From the IMG/VR virus record IMGVR_UViG_3300035698_035366, positions 62,001 through 126,000 of that record: DNA of 64,000 nucleotides, one strand, 5' to 3'. This document shows positions 20,361 through 30,682 of this stretch, in pieces. The translations under genes and the position numbers were made by a program. Under the pieces are notes generated by a model. That model worked only from the letters and a program-made list of their open reading frames with translations, was not told where the DNA came from and did not search any database. Within the stretch, counting starts at the first letter, position 1, and the number at the start of each line of letters is the position of its first letter.

Positions 20361-20511
20361 ATTTAAAAAACAGGTTGAAATTTTAGAAGAAGCACAACAC
20401 GTTTTTCTTAAATTATCACCGTGGACAAAAAACCTTAGCGAGTTGCAAATGGATATTAATTATATCCTAGATAAAGTTGAGCAATGTAACCCTAAAAATA
20501 GTTACGAATAA
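20353..20511 (+). CDS. Array micro-ORF7 (52 aa)
   Basis: MNKFKKQVEILEE..KVEQCNPKNSYE. Confidence 0.7.
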   Translation: MNKFKKQVEILEEAQHVFLKLSPWTKNLSELQMDINYILDKVEQCNPKNSYE

Positions 20512-20557
20512 ACTATTACTATTATCTACCTATCAATGGTGTAAGTATTAATGAACA

Positions 20558-21109
20558 TTGTGGGTTGGTAATATGCAAAAAGTTTTTAAACAGGATGCGC
20601 AAATTTATAAAAGAGGTGAAACTTATCATTTCAAATGGATAGTGAAGAACCTTACTGAACATCGTATACCATTAAAGCCAGGCATGGTTTTATTGGATGA
20701 AAATCGCCCTAGTGTTCATCCAAGATTTCGCCCAATCGAATGGAATGCAGTTGAGGCAATTGAGCCAAAAGAAACAATCATTATATTGGATCAAGAATTG
20801 TATCCAGATAGAGTCGATAATTACCGTTTCAATTTTGAAGCATACAATACTATTGGAATTGGGGATATCTGGCATCAGTGTTATTACATCACTGAAAAAC
20901 AACGCAAAAATATCGTTAAAAAGCTAAACGAGCTAAGTGATAGAGAGTTACCGCAAGCTTGGTATCTTACAAAGAATGACACTGATAAACAGTTAAATGC
21001 CGCATTAGCCGGAAATGGAATGAAATCAATTATAGAGATATATATGGAAGAAGGATTTAATCCAGATCCAATAAATAAACCAAATAGTGTTACGCTCGAC
21101 AAACTGTAA
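20558..21109 (+). CDS. Hypothetical protein
   Basis: 183-aa ORF right after the array. Confidence 0.6.
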   Translation: MWVGNMQKVFKQDAQIYKRGETYHFKWIVKNLTEHRIPLKPGMVLLDENRPSVHPRFRPIEWNAVEAIEPKETIIILDQELYPDRVDNYRFNFEAYNTIGIGDIWHQCYYITEKQRKNIVKKLNELSDRELPQAWYLTKNDTDKQLNAALAGNGMKSIIEIYMEEGFNPDPINKPNSVTLDKL

Positions 21110-21182
21110 ACTCTCCCCAAGTTACAATTTCCCCGAGCCACTTCTCCCGGTACGCTAAATACTAGCATATCGGGAGTTTTTT

Positions 21183-21884
21183 ATGAGATACGATGAATTA
21201 TTAGAAGTCACAGATGAATATGAAATGGAGCAAGCAATTGCGGCTGCTCGAAAAATTCGTCAGGATTGTGAGCATTATCTACGAAGTAAAAGTGTTGGAT
21301 CAAATCTTGTAAGGGGTGACAATTATACTGAGCAGAAATATACAGTATGGGATCAGGACTTTACACAATTTAGAAACCGGGATAGAATTTATAGTTCAAC
21401 CCATGTATCTCAAATAGTTCACGATTATTTAGATTCAAATGGATTTAAAGCTACCCGCCTTAGAGGGAAATTTTGTTATAAAACAAAAAACTCAACTCCA
21501 ACATTGGCAACCAATTGGTTTGGTAAAGCATTTGTGTGTTTCCCAGTCGGAAATGATTGGGATATCATGTATATAGATGAGAAAGAATCAAAGAAGATTG
21601 GATTTAAAGGCGGGGATTATGGCGGTGACTATTTGGTAGGAAAGGCATCCGACATAATGGATCGGGAAGCAGATGACGATATATCATATGACCACTCTTT
21701 AGAAGAAATAATGAAATGGTTCTTAGATCGTCATGGTAATATATTCAAACATAGCAAAAGTGCCAATGATGTTCCGAATCAACATGAATGTGTGTTGTAT
21801 GCACCAAATGTTCATATGTTAAATGCAAATTTGTTGGTACATAATCCAAATTTACTAAAGATATTATATAAAGGAATTTCTTAA
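21183..21884 (+). CDS. Hypothetical, probable virion protein
   Basis: MRYDELLE N-terminus; GCTAAATA at 21154. Confidence 0.55.
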   Translation: MRYDELLEVTDEYEMEQAIAAARKIRQDCEHYLRSKSVGSNLVRGDNYTEQKYTVWDQDFTQFRNRDRIYSSTHVSQIVHDYLDSNGFKATRLRGKFCYKTKNSTPTLATNWFGKAFVCFPVGNDWDIMYIDEKESKKIGFKGGDYGGDYLVGKASDIMDREADDDISYDHSLEEIMKWFLDRHGNIFKHSKSANDVPNQHECVLYAPNVHMLNANLLVHNPNLLKILYKGIS

Positions 21885-22954
21885 TGCCAAGATTACAATT
21901 ATACAATAGAAGAAAAGGTCACACTTATAAACAGATGGATAATTATGTCCGTCAACAGCTTCTTCAAGGCGGAACAGAATTTCTTGTTCACAAATATGTT
22001 GGACCAGTTAGTTCAAACGATCCCGAGATCGCTACACCAATTGATTTAAGTAGAGATGGTGAAACTAGAGAAATGACTATTCAAGATATTTTCTTTATGG
22101 AAAACCGAGATCGAGTTTATGATGCAGACGTTTATTCGCAATGGGGCCATTATACAATTTCAGATAACGATTTCGATTTATCCCAGTTTGGTTTATTCTT
22201 GCCCAATGATGTAAAGTTTGTTGAATTCCATTTAAATGACATGGTTGACACAATTGGTCGAAAGTTTATGTCGGGTGATGTTTTAGAAATTCCTCACCTC
22301 CGAGATGAATTACTACTTGATGCGAGTCGCCCAGCAATAAATAAATTTTTTGTTATCACAGACGTAAATAAAGCAAGCGACGGTTATTCACCATTATGGT
22401 ATACTCATTTGTATAGAGTAAAAATTGAGCCAATGCCTGCTAGTCAGGAATATAATGATATCCTTGATCAAGAGATTGAGGATTCAGCAGGTGAAACATT
22501 GCGTGATATTCTTTCTTCATATAATGAAGATATTAAAATATCTGACGCAATTGCCGCTGAAGCAGACCGCCGTGTTCCGGAATACAATTTTGAAACAGCA
22601 CATTTTTATTATGTTCCGGATGATGACACAGGAGTGGGATTTCCGTGGATTTTCGCAGGTGATGGTGAGCCACCAAATGGTGCAGAGCTTTTAGGATCTG
22701 GTAACGGTTTTCCAATTGATGCAGTTGAGGGTGAATGGTTCTTGCGCACTGATTATACACCAGCGGTTCTTTTTCAACGAGAAGGAAATTGTTGGAAGAG
22801 ACGTGAAGTTGATTATAGAAGGAAATGGACCGCAGCACATAGAATACTAACAAGCTTCATCAACAATGATAATATAACGACAATGCCTAATGGCGAAGAG
22901 TTTGCAGAGAAGACGGCAATATCAAAAGCAGTTAAACCGAGGGTGGATTTATAA
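21884..22954 (+). CDS. Neck/head-closure protein (gp14-like)
   Basis: MPRLQLY.., IQDIFFMENRDRVYD, FDLSQFGLF, SGDVLEIPHL; upstream of gp15-like. Confidence 0.6.
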   Translation: MPRLQLYNRRKGHTYKQMDNYVRQQLLQGGTEFLVHKYVGPVSSNDPEIATPIDLSRDGETREMTIQDIFFMENRDRVYDADVYSQWGHYTISDNDFDLSQFGLFLPNDVKFVEFHLNDMVDTIGRKFMSGDVLEIPHLRDELLLDASRPAINKFFVITDVNKASDGYSPLWYTHLYRVKIEPMPASQEYNDILDQEIEDSAGETLRDILSSYNEDIKISDAIAAEADRRVPEYNFETAHFYYVPDDDTGVGFPWIFAGDGEPPNGAELLGSGNGFPIDAVEGEWFLRTDYTPAVLFQREGNCWKRREVDYRRKWTAAHRILTSFINNDNITTMPNGEEFAEKTAISKAVKPRVDL

Positions 22955-22955
22955 A

Positions 22956-24323
22956 ATGGCGGCACTAGATTATTTTTATGATGGCCAATTACGTGGATAT
23001 TTGGTTCAAGCAGTAAGGGCATTCCATGGCTTTCAGTATGCATCATTAGACCGAAATGGTAATTCAATTCTCCGTCAAATACCAGTAAGTTATGGTGATC
23101 GAAGTCGATTAGTTGCACATATTTTGAATAATAATTCAGAAAATGTTATGAATTCAACACCTTTTATTTCTGTTTATATTTCAGAATTGCAAATGAGACC
23201 ACAAGACCGACAAGCGCCAGCTCATGAAGAACATGTAAGAGTTAGGGAGCGGGAATTTGATGAAGAAGCTCAGGCTTATACGCAAAATAGTGGTAATGCT
23301 TATTCAATGTATCGATTCATGCCAGTACCATATTTGATGAGTATAAACGTTGATATTTGGACAACCAATAATGAGCAAAAATTACAAATTCTTGAACAAC
23401 TCTTAGTGTTGTATAATCCAACGCTTGATATTCAATCCAACACTAATCCATTGGATTGGACAGCGAAGACATATTTAGAAATGGTTGGTCTGACGTGGTC
23501 AAGTCGTTCCATACCATCAGGAACAGATAACCAGATTGATATTGCAACCATAAACATCAATATACCAATATGGTTAAATCCACCAGCTAAGGTCCAAAAA
23601 CAGAACGTTATTCAGCAAATTGTGCAAAATATCGTTGAACTGAATGTTGATTGTTTTGGTGAAACTGGATTTTTACCAAGTGATGCTGATTTACTATCAC
23701 AACAAATAGTAACCCCCGGAAATTATTTTATACAAATTGATGGTACTGAAATTACATTATTAGGAGAAGGTGGGGGTCCAACTGACGTTACCTGGCCGCA
23801 ACTATTCGACATTTATGGAAACTTCCGTCCTGGTGTTACTGAGCTTCGACTAAAACGGTATGCAGAAAACTTAGATGATTTAACAAACGATATTTTTGGA
23901 CCAATTGAGATTCACCCAACTAATGATTCAATTTTATTATGGGCTCCAGACCCATTATCAATTCCAAGCAACACGTTGCCCGCAATTGATGCAATTATCG
24001 ATCCACACATTTCATTCCCGGGAAATGGATTACCAGTAGTTAATTCGGGTCAGCGTTATTTAATTACTCAAGGAATAGCAGATGAAATTGGTGGGGATGG
24101 TGGGGATACATTTGCGTGGGGTTCGTTAGTTGCCCATGTTAATGATATTATTGAGTTTGATGGGACAGAATGGACTGTTGCATTTGAAGCCGCTACGATC
24201 GTCGATAAACAATTTGCTGTTAATTTATTCGCTGGCCAGCAGCTATTGTTTGATAACAACGAATGGGTATTGGCAGTAGACGGGGAATATTCTCCAGGTT
24301 ATTGGAGATTGAATTTCTGCTAG
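22956..24323 (+). CDS. Tail terminator/sheath stabiliser (gp15-like)
   Basis: YFYDGQLR, PVPYLMSINVDIWTTNNEQKLQILEQL.V.YNP. Confidence 0.8.
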   Translation: MAALDYFYDGQLRGYLVQAVRAFHGFQYASLDRNGNSILRQIPVSYGDRSRLVAHILNNNSENVMNSTPFISVYISELQMRPQDRQAPAHEEHVRVREREFDEEAQAYTQNSGNAYSMYRFMPVPYLMSINVDIWTTNNEQKLQILEQLLVLYNPTLDIQSNTNPLDWTAKTYLEMVGLTWSSRSIPSGTDNQIDIATININIPIWLNPPAKVQKQNVIQQIVQNIVELNVDCFGETGFLPSDADLLSQQIVTPGNYFIQIDGTEITLLGEGGGPTDVTWPQLFDIYGNFRPGVTELRLKRYAENLDDLTNDIFGPIEIHPTNDSILLWAPDPLSIPSNTLPAIDAIIDPHISFPGNGLPVVNSGQRYLITQGIADEIGGDGGDTFAWGSLVAHVNDIIEFDGTEWTVAFEAATIVDKQFAVNLFAGQQLLFDNNEWVLAVDGEYSPGYWRLNFC

Positions 24324-24386
24324 GGTTGACAATCAATTTAACATATAGTATAATTTAACATTGGTTCAACTATTGGATATCTCTAT

Positions 24387-25118
24387 ATGTTAATACTTAA
24401 AGATATAATTGGTAAGCATTTGAATATATTCATTATGTCTACCTTGATGGTTTCTTTTGTGGTTGGAATGCTTTCAGTAAGCCAATTTATCAAACAAGGA
24501 GCCAAGATGGAATTAGCAAATTTACCAGAATATTTAACCCCTGTACCAATTAAGGCAGTTGATTCTGTACAAATAACAAGTATAGAAGACCTGAATTTTG
24601 TAGATAATTTTGATAGCAACAAGCACGCCATGCGCTATGCTACCCAGAAACAACAAAAAGCTATCGATTGTCTTTCAGTAACACTTTTCCTCGAAGCGCG
24701 TAATCAATCACGTAAAGGGGTTATTGCGGTTGGTCGGGTAATTAAGAATAGAGTAGGTGATCCAAGATGGCCTAATACAGTTTGTCAGGTAGTTGAACAG
24801 GGACCAAAACAACAAAGCTGGAAGGATAAATCAATAATGATCCTTCGAAAAAATAAATGCCAATTTTCAGCTCTTTGCGACGGAAAACCCGATGACCCAT
24901 TAGAATTTATGTTTACCAAAGATGGTGAGCTTATTGAACTTGAACGTGAAGCTTGGGAAAATAGCTATCAAATAGCAAAGGATATTGTTTTATATGATCG
25001 CTATAAGGGAGTAGTTCATGGTGCAACCAATTACCACGCTAGTTATGTTAACCCAAATTGGAAGAACGTTAGGCGTGTAGCAATAATAGACGATCATCTC
25101 TTTTATATTAAAAAATAG
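24387..25118 (+). CDS. SleB-like cell wall hydrolase
   Basis: CLSVTLFLEARNQ, AVGRVIKNRV, WPNTVCQVV, CQFS, GATNYHA.YV.P.W. Confidence 0.9.
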   Translation: MLILKDIIGKHLNIFIMSTLMVSFVVGMLSVSQFIKQGAKMELANLPEYLTPVPIKAVDSVQITSIEDLNFVDNFDSNKHAMRYATQKQQKAIDCLSVTLFLEARNQSRKGVIAVGRVIKNRVGDPRWPNTVCQVVEQGPKQQSWKDKSIMILRKNKCQFSALCDGKPDDPLEFMFTKDGELIELEREAWENSYQIAKDIVLYDRYKGVVHGATNYHASYVNPNWKNVRRVAIIDDHLFYIKK

Positions 25119-25123
25119 AATAA

Positions 25124-25423
25124 TTGATAAATAATGCGATAAGGAGTCGTATTATGGAAGATCTCTCACAATTTGCCAGTGTTTTTATAGGATTCTCAGC
25201 ACTATTAATAACGGGTATAACTGCATTATTTGGTGTTGTTAAATATCTATTGTCGATAATCCGAAAAGCTACCGAAGGCAGCGCCATCATCCACGCTGAA
25301 CTAGACATCAAAATTCAAAAATTAGATGAACTTATGCGAGATCGAACTGCCGAAATATCATCGAGAGTTACTCGTTTAGAGACAATTGATGAAGTCAACC
25401 AAAGACCAATACCACCTGAATAA
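25124..25423 (+). CDS. Small membrane protein (one TM + coiled coil)
   Basis: Hydrophobic FASVFIGFSALLITGITALFGVV. Confidence 0.5.
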   Translation: MINNAIRSRIMEDLSQFASVFIGFSALLITGITALFGVVKYLLSIIRKATEGSAIIHAELDIKIQKLDELMRDRTAEISSRVTRLETIDEVNQRPIPPE

Positions 25424-25434
25424 TAGACAAAAAG

Positions 25435-25461
25435 AAACCCGGGATTATTAATCCCGGGTTT
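25435..25461. terminator. Bidirectional terminator
   Basis: AAACCCGGGATT-ATT-AATCCCGGGTTT between convergent genes. Confidence 0.8.
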
Positions 25462-25485
25462 TTAGTGTTTGGGTATTTTTTTATA

Positions 25486-27609
25486 TTAAGCGTCTGTTGC
25501 GATTATTTCATCAACAATGTTCTTTGGTACTTCTGTATATTTTTCAAGATGCATTGTAAATGTTGCGCGCCCTGAAGTCATACTCCGTAATGCAGTCATA
25601 TAGCCAAACATTTCCGAAAGTGGAACGTTTGCTTCTACAACAACTGCGCTACCACGTGCATCTTGTCCAAGAATTAATCCACGACGTCGACTAATATCAC
25701 CAATAACGTCTCCTAGGTAATCATTCGGAGTAACCACTTCAACCATCATCAATGGTTCAAGTAGAACTGGTCCGGCTTTTTTAGCAGCTTCTCGGAAGCA
25801 AGCCTTCGCCGCAATTTCGAACGCAAGAGCACTAGAATCAACATCATGATATTTTCCGTCGATTAGTGTCACTTTAAAGTCCAAAGTTGGATAACCAGCG
25901 ACAACACCGCTCTTGCCTTGTTCTCTAAAACCATCTTCAACGGCTGGGACGTATTCTCTTGGAACATTACCACCCGTAACAAGATTTTCGAACGAATAAC
26001 CAGCACCTGGTTCATTTGGACCAATTGTAACCTTAATTTCAGCAAACTGTCCTGAACCACCAGACTGCTTACGGTGAGTATAAGTATGCTCGACGTCCCT
26101 CGTTAATGTTTCACGATAAGCAACTTTTGGCTTACCGATGTTACATGCAACATCGTATTCACGCATCATGCGGTCGATAATAATGTCTAGGTGTAGTTCA
26201 CCCATACCACTAAGAATGGTTTGCCCGGACTCTTCATCGAGCTTTAGACGCAAGCTTGGATCTTCCTTGCCGAGCTTATTGAGTGCAATGCCCATCTTCT
26301 GCTGGTCAGCTTTGGTTTTTGGTTCAACCGCAATATCAATCACTGGTTCAGGAAAGATCATTCGTTCAAGCACGCATGGTTTATTAATATCACATAATGT
26401 ATCACCAGTCGTAGAGTCCTTTAGACCAACGAACGCAACAATGTCACCCGCCACCACACCGTCAATATTTTCACGACTATTGGCATGCATTTCAACGATG
26501 CGACCAAGACGTTCATTTTTTCCTCGTGTTGAATTTAGTACCGTAGTTCCGGAACTGGCTGTACCAGAATAAACACGGGCGAATGCGAGAGAACCGAATT
26601 TGTCTTCAATAATTTTGAAAACAAGCGCACTAAATGGCTCATTGTCTGAAGATTTTCGAACTCCACTAACTTCACCATCTTCATCGACTGTATTGATATT
26701 ATCAACATCGGTTGGTGCTGGCATATAATCAACGACTGCGTCAAGTAATGGCTGAACGCCTTTATTCTTGAAAGCAGAACCGCACAGGATTGGTACAAAT
26801 AACCCATTAACTGTACCCTTTCGGATGCACTTAATTAATGTATCAAAATCCAAATCACCATTTTCAAAATATGATTCCATAGCATCATCATCGGCGCCAG
26901 CAGCATCTTCGATTAGTTTTTCGCGAAGTTCTGTGATACGCTCAATAACGTCTTTATCTTCCGCAATCAAATCCATATCTGCAATTCGTTTGGAAAATTC
27001 ATCGCTGGTTACATCAACTTCATCCCATGTCGCTCCCAAATCTTCACCATGATAAAACAGTCCTTTCATAGTGACAAGGTTCACAATCCCTTCGAATTTT
27101 TCTTCAGAACCCATAGGAAGTTGTGTAATAAGCGGCGTAGCAGCAAGACGGCTTTCAATCATGTCAACACACCGCATGAAGCTGGCACCATCACGGTCCA
27201 TCTTGTTAATAAAACACATACGGGGAACGTTGTATTGATCAGCTAAACGCCAATTTGTTTCGGACTGTGGCTCAACCCCAGCAACACCGTCAAAAACAAC
27301 AACAGCACCATCAAGCACGCGAAGTGAACGATTTACCTCAATCGTGAAGTCAACGTGTCCTGGAGTATCGATAATATTGATTTGATGATCTCGCCAGAAG
27401 ACAGTAGTTGCAGCGGAGGTAATAGTAATACCACGCTCTTGCTCTTGTGCCATATAATCAGTGGTGGCGGCGCCATCATGTACTTCACCAATTTTATGGC
27501 CCTTTCCGGTGTAGTATAGAATACGTTCGGTTGTGGTGGTTTTACCTGCATCGACGTGGGCGATAATACCAATATTCCGGTACATATTCAAGGGTTTATT
27601 GCGAGCCAT
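25486..27609 (-). CDS. fusA: Elongation factor G, full length
   Basis: [64 protein letters not shown]. Confidence 0.97.
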   Translation of the reverse strand: MARNKPLNMYRNIGIIAHVDAGKTTTTERILYYTGKGHKIGEVHDGAATTDYMAQEQERGITITSAATTVFWRDHQINIIDTPGHVDFTIEVNRSLRVLDGAVVVFDGVAGVEPQSETNWRLADQYNVPRMCFINKMDRDGASFMRCVDMIESRLAATPLITQLPMGSEEKFEGIVNLVTMKGLFYHGEDLGATWDEVDVTSDEFSKRIADMDLIAEDKDVIERITELREKLIEDAAGADDDAMESYFENGDLDFDTLIKCIRKGTVNGLFVPILCGSAFKNKGVQPLLDAVVDYMPAPTDVDNINTVDEDGEVSGVRKSSDNEPFSALVFKIIEDKFGSLAFARVYSGTASSGTTVLNSTRGKNERLGRIVEMHANSRENIDGVVAGDIVAFVGLKDSTTGDTLCDINKPCVLERMIFPEPVIDIAVEPKTKADQQKMGIALNKLGKEDPSLRLKLDEESGQTILSGMGELHLDIIIDRMMREYDVACNIGKPKVAYRETLTRDVEHTYTHRKQSGGSGQFAEIKVTIGPNEPGAGYSFENLVTGGNVPREYVPAVEDGFREQGKSGVVAGYPTLDFKVTLIDGKYHDVDSSALAFEIAAKACFREAAKKAGPVLLEPLMMVEVVTPNDYLGDVIGDISRRRGLILGQDARGSAVVVEANVPLSEMFGYMTALRSMTSGRATFTMHLEKYTEVPKNIVDEIIATDA

Positions 27610-27726
27610 AAAAATTCTCCTGCGCGTTTCAATTAATAGTGTATTTATGTTGTCTATTTATAGCATATTCAAAGCTAAATTTCAATTAATTAAATATGTA
27701 TATTAAACATATGAAAGGAATCTATT

Positions 27727-28032
27727 ATGAACGAGTTAACTGTACTGCATTCAATGATCGCCATTGAAATTACTGAAAAAGAAAGAAAGTCCGATGGTGG
27801 TATCTTTCTACCAGATGCCCATGAGGTTCTTCCAATGGAGGGCGTAGTGTCTTCCCTTGGGATTGGAAGCTGGGTTGAAAATGAAAAAACTGGAACCCTT
27901 GAAAGAGATACTTTTCAGGTTAAGGTTGGTGACCACGTTATTTTCTCTCCGAACACACCAATTGAATTGGAAGTTGGTGAGAAAAAATATTATCTGCTAG
28001 AAGAAAAGAATATTATTGGAATTATTGTATGA
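27727..28032 (+). CDS. groES: Co-chaperonin GroES/Cpn10
   Basis: KSDGGIFLPD, EGVV..LG.G, VKVGDHVIF, Y.LLEEKNIIGI. Confidence 0.88.
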   Translation: MNELTVLHSMIAIEITEKERKSDGGIFLPDAHEVLPMEGVVSSLGIGSWVENEKTGTLERDTFQVKVGDHVIFSPNTPIELEVGEKKYYLLEEKNIIGIIV

Positions 28033-29291
28033 TTCGAATCATTGGTGATATAATGTTAGACCGTTGGGTCATTGGGTCAACTGACCGTATATCGCCAGAA
28101 GCGCCTGTTTTGATATTAAGAAAAGAGATGATTACGTCATCACCTGGCGGTGCTGCCAATCTTGCTATCAATTTAGCAAACATAATAGATGAAGAAATCC
28201 AATTATGTGGTGCTGTTGCAATAGGTAATGAATTGACAGACCTTGTTAAGGGGTTGGATGAATACCCAAACATCCAACCTTGGTTTGATTCTGATCACCC
28301 AATAACAACAACAAAAACCCGTTTTATGGATAACAGTGGGCATTACCTCCTCCGTGTAGATAATGAAGAAAAATATACAAAACAAACCTGCACAAGCAAT
28401 ATGACTAGCGTGTTAGCAAAAAATGATATTGTATTAATAAGTGATTATAATAAAGGCGTTATACAATTTGACACAACACTTCGGATCTTAAAGCAAACGC
28501 CTTATGTGTTTGTCGATCCCAAGCAACCCCCATCTTTTTATCGGGGAGCATTTTTAGTAAAACCAAACATGGTTGAATATGAAGCTTGGAATGGTAAATT
28601 TGAAATTGATTCAGCGTTATCGTTTATGAATAGTTTTTCTTGGACATGGTTAGTGGTGACGGCGAGTAGTGATGGGATGCACGTTTTGAATAAAGATGGG
28701 AACTACCATCATTTCAAATCAACAGCCCATGAAGTTGCTGATGTAACTGGTGCTGGTGACACCGTTCTTGCGGTAATATCGTATTGTTTTAACAACGGAA
28801 TGGATATTCCTGAGGCTTGTAAATTAGCTTGTCATGCAGCATCAAAGGGAGTTGAACGTCGAGGGGTTTCTCCGGTCCGCCCCGAAGATTTGATATTGGA
28901 CCAAGTTGTTTTTACGAACGGCGTGTTTGATATTTTGCACACGGGTCATCTTGAGCTCTTAAAATTCTGTAAAGAACAAGGAAAGAAATTAATTGTTGGT
29001 TTGAATAGTGATGAAAGCGTCAAGCGTCTCAAAGGGCCTTCTAGACCGATAAATAACATTGATGCTCGTCGATCCCAAATTGAAGCGTTACCATGGGTTG
29101 ACGAAGTCGTTGTTTTTGAAGAAGACTCACCGTACGAAATCTTACAGGAAATTCGTCCTGATATTATCGTAAAGGGTGGCGATTATACAGAAGATGAAGT
29201 CGTTGGTAAGGAATTAGCAAAAGTTATTATCTATCCAACGGTTGACAATTACTCAAGTTCTGCTATAATTAAGCGTACAGAGGAAAAATAG
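28029..29291 (+). CDS. hldE: Bifunctional heptose-7P kinase / heptose-1P adenylyltransferase
   Basis: GDIMLDRW..RISPEAPV, PGGAAN, DVTGAGDT; FTNGVFDILHTGH, VGLNSDESV.RLKG..RPIN, KGGDY. Confidence 0.92.
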   Translation: MIRIIGDIMLDRWVIGSTDRISPEAPVLILRKEMITSSPGGAANLAINLANIIDEEIQLCGAVAIGNELTDLVKGLDEYPNIQPWFDSDHPITTTKTRFMDNSGHYLLRVDNEEKYTKQTCTSNMTSVLAKNDIVLISDYNKGVIQFDTTLRILKQTPYVFVDPKQPPSFYRGAFLVKPNMVEYEAWNGKFEIDSALSFMNSFSWTWLVVTASSDGMHVLNKDGNYHHFKSTAHEVADVTGAGDTVLAVISYCFNNGMDIPEACKLACHAASKGVERRGVSPVRPEDLILDQVVFTNGVFDILHTGHLELLKFCKEQGKKLIVGLNSDESVKRLKGPSRPINNIDARRSQIEALPWVDEVVVFEEDSPYEILQEIRPDIIVKGGDYTEDEVVGKELAKVIIYPTVDNYSSSAIIKRTEEK

Positions 29292-29292
29292 A

Positions 29293-30501
29293 ATGAGAAT
29301 TGCAATGTTTGAAGATCGAACAACCGCTCACGTGGATGCCAGTACAATCGTCACGCCTGATATGCTGACGATTCGAAGAGCATTTCAGGAAGCAGGGCAT
29401 GAACTCCGTATTGTTGGTGGAACAGTCCGTGATCTTCTTCTTGGGAAAGACCCCAAGGACATCGACTTCGCAACAACGGCCACACCTGAAGAAATGAAAG
29501 AAATCTTTGAGAACAATGGTTTCTCTTGGATCCCAACAGGTGAGCAGCACGGAACGTTGACAGTTCTTGGTACCAAAGACCGTGAACCGTTTGAGGTTAC
29601 AACCCTGCGTATTGACACCAATCAAGATGGTCGTCATGCTGATGTAGAGTTCACTCGCTCATGGGAAAAAGATGCATCCCGCCGTGATCTTACCTACAAT
29701 GCAATGAGCATGGATTTTGATGGAAACGTTTTTGATTACAACGGTGGTCTCGCTGATCTACAAAGCGAAACGACGCGATTTGTTGGTTCACCCGATGAGC
29801 GTGTTCGAGAAGATTTCCTGCGTATTCTCCGCTTTTTCCGTTTCCAATCTCGTTTTGCACACGATATTCCTGATGACGAGCTTTTGGCTATCAAAAATAA
29901 CGTTGACGGCCTCCGCAATATCAGTGGAGAGCGGATGTGGATGGAGATGAGTAAAATTCTTAGTGGAAACACCGAAAAGTTGGCGGCTATCATCGACACT
30001 ATGCAAAACCTCAACGTCCTGGACGCAATTGGCTTCGCTCGAAAGGTCAATGCAAATGACGTTGAGCTAGTTCGAAAGCTTACTGATAATCCAGTTACAG
30101 TCCTTGTGGCACTGGTAAAAACGCATGATGGTTTCAACCGCCTGGCGGATAAGTGGAAGATGAGTAGTGCTGAGCGCAACCTCGGTGAGTTTATCCTTGA
30201 TAATCTTTTTGAAAACATCGGTGTTCAAGAAGCTGAAGACATGCTCACTGACAAAGTTGATCCAGCATGGATCCAAGAACTGTTTGCAGCGAAGGGGAAG
30301 CCCAATCCCGTGGCTACTTTCACTCCAACAAAATTCCCAGTGACAGGTGGAGACCTAATCGCTCAGGGTCACAAACCGGGACCAGAAATGGGCAATACGC
30401 TCAAGTTTTTGAATCAGGAATGGAAGAAGAGTCGTTTTTCTCTTTCAAAGGACGAGTTGCTTCGTTTGAGCAAACCGGCGAGCAAAACCATTCAACGGTA
30501 A
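29293..30501 (+). CDS. cca: CCA-adding enzyme / tRNA nucleotidyltransferase
   Basis: VGGTVRDLLLGKDPKDIDFAT, EVTTLRID, DASRRDLTYNAM, EDFLRILRFFRF. Confidence 0.9.
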   Translation: MRIAMFEDRTTAHVDASTIVTPDMLTIRRAFQEAGHELRIVGGTVRDLLLGKDPKDIDFATTATPEEMKEIFENNGFSWIPTGEQHGTLTVLGTKDREPFEVTTLRIDTNQDGRHADVEFTRSWEKDASRRDLTYNAMSMDFDGNVFDYNGGLADLQSETTRFVGSPDERVREDFLRILRFFRFQSRFAHDIPDDELLAIKNNVDGLRNISGERMWMEMSKILSGNTEKLAAIIDTMQNLNVLDAIGFARKVNANDVELVRKLTDNPVTVLVALVKTHDGFNRLADKWKMSSAERNLGEFILDNLFENIGVQEAEDMLTDKVDPAWIQELFAAKGKPNPVATFTPTKFPVTGGDLIAQGHKPGPEMGNTLKFLNQEWKKSRFSLSKDELLRLSKPASKTIQR

Positions 30502-30682
30502 TCTCATCGTTGATAACTTTCTGCAATTCTTCCATTGACAACGGATTGACTTTTTCACGACGATTATAGAGTGGCATACCGAGATCATTTTCTCGGTACC
30601 ATTCTTTGTCATATTTTTTGGCACAATGATCACACTGTAACCGCCCCCAAAGATCAGGGCGAAATAATATTGTTGAAAACAC

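Larger units (their letters stand above)
19564..20511 (+). repeat. Seven regularly spaced 27-bp direct repeats
   Basis: Starts 19564, 19718, 19866, 20008, 20171, 20334, 20485; consensus gctAAtCCaAAggaaTGtTAtGArTrA; period 142-163 bp. Confidence 0.9.

Noticed and set aside
19564-20511. CRISPR array
   Set aside because: Spacers are 115-136 bp and protein-coding, repeats are degenerate at codon wobble positions and non-palindromic, and no cas genes are in the window
30401-30682. Minus-strand 93-aa ORF overlapping the cca 3' end
   Set aside because: 100-bp overlap with a confident gene, no clear RBS or family; cannot be supported
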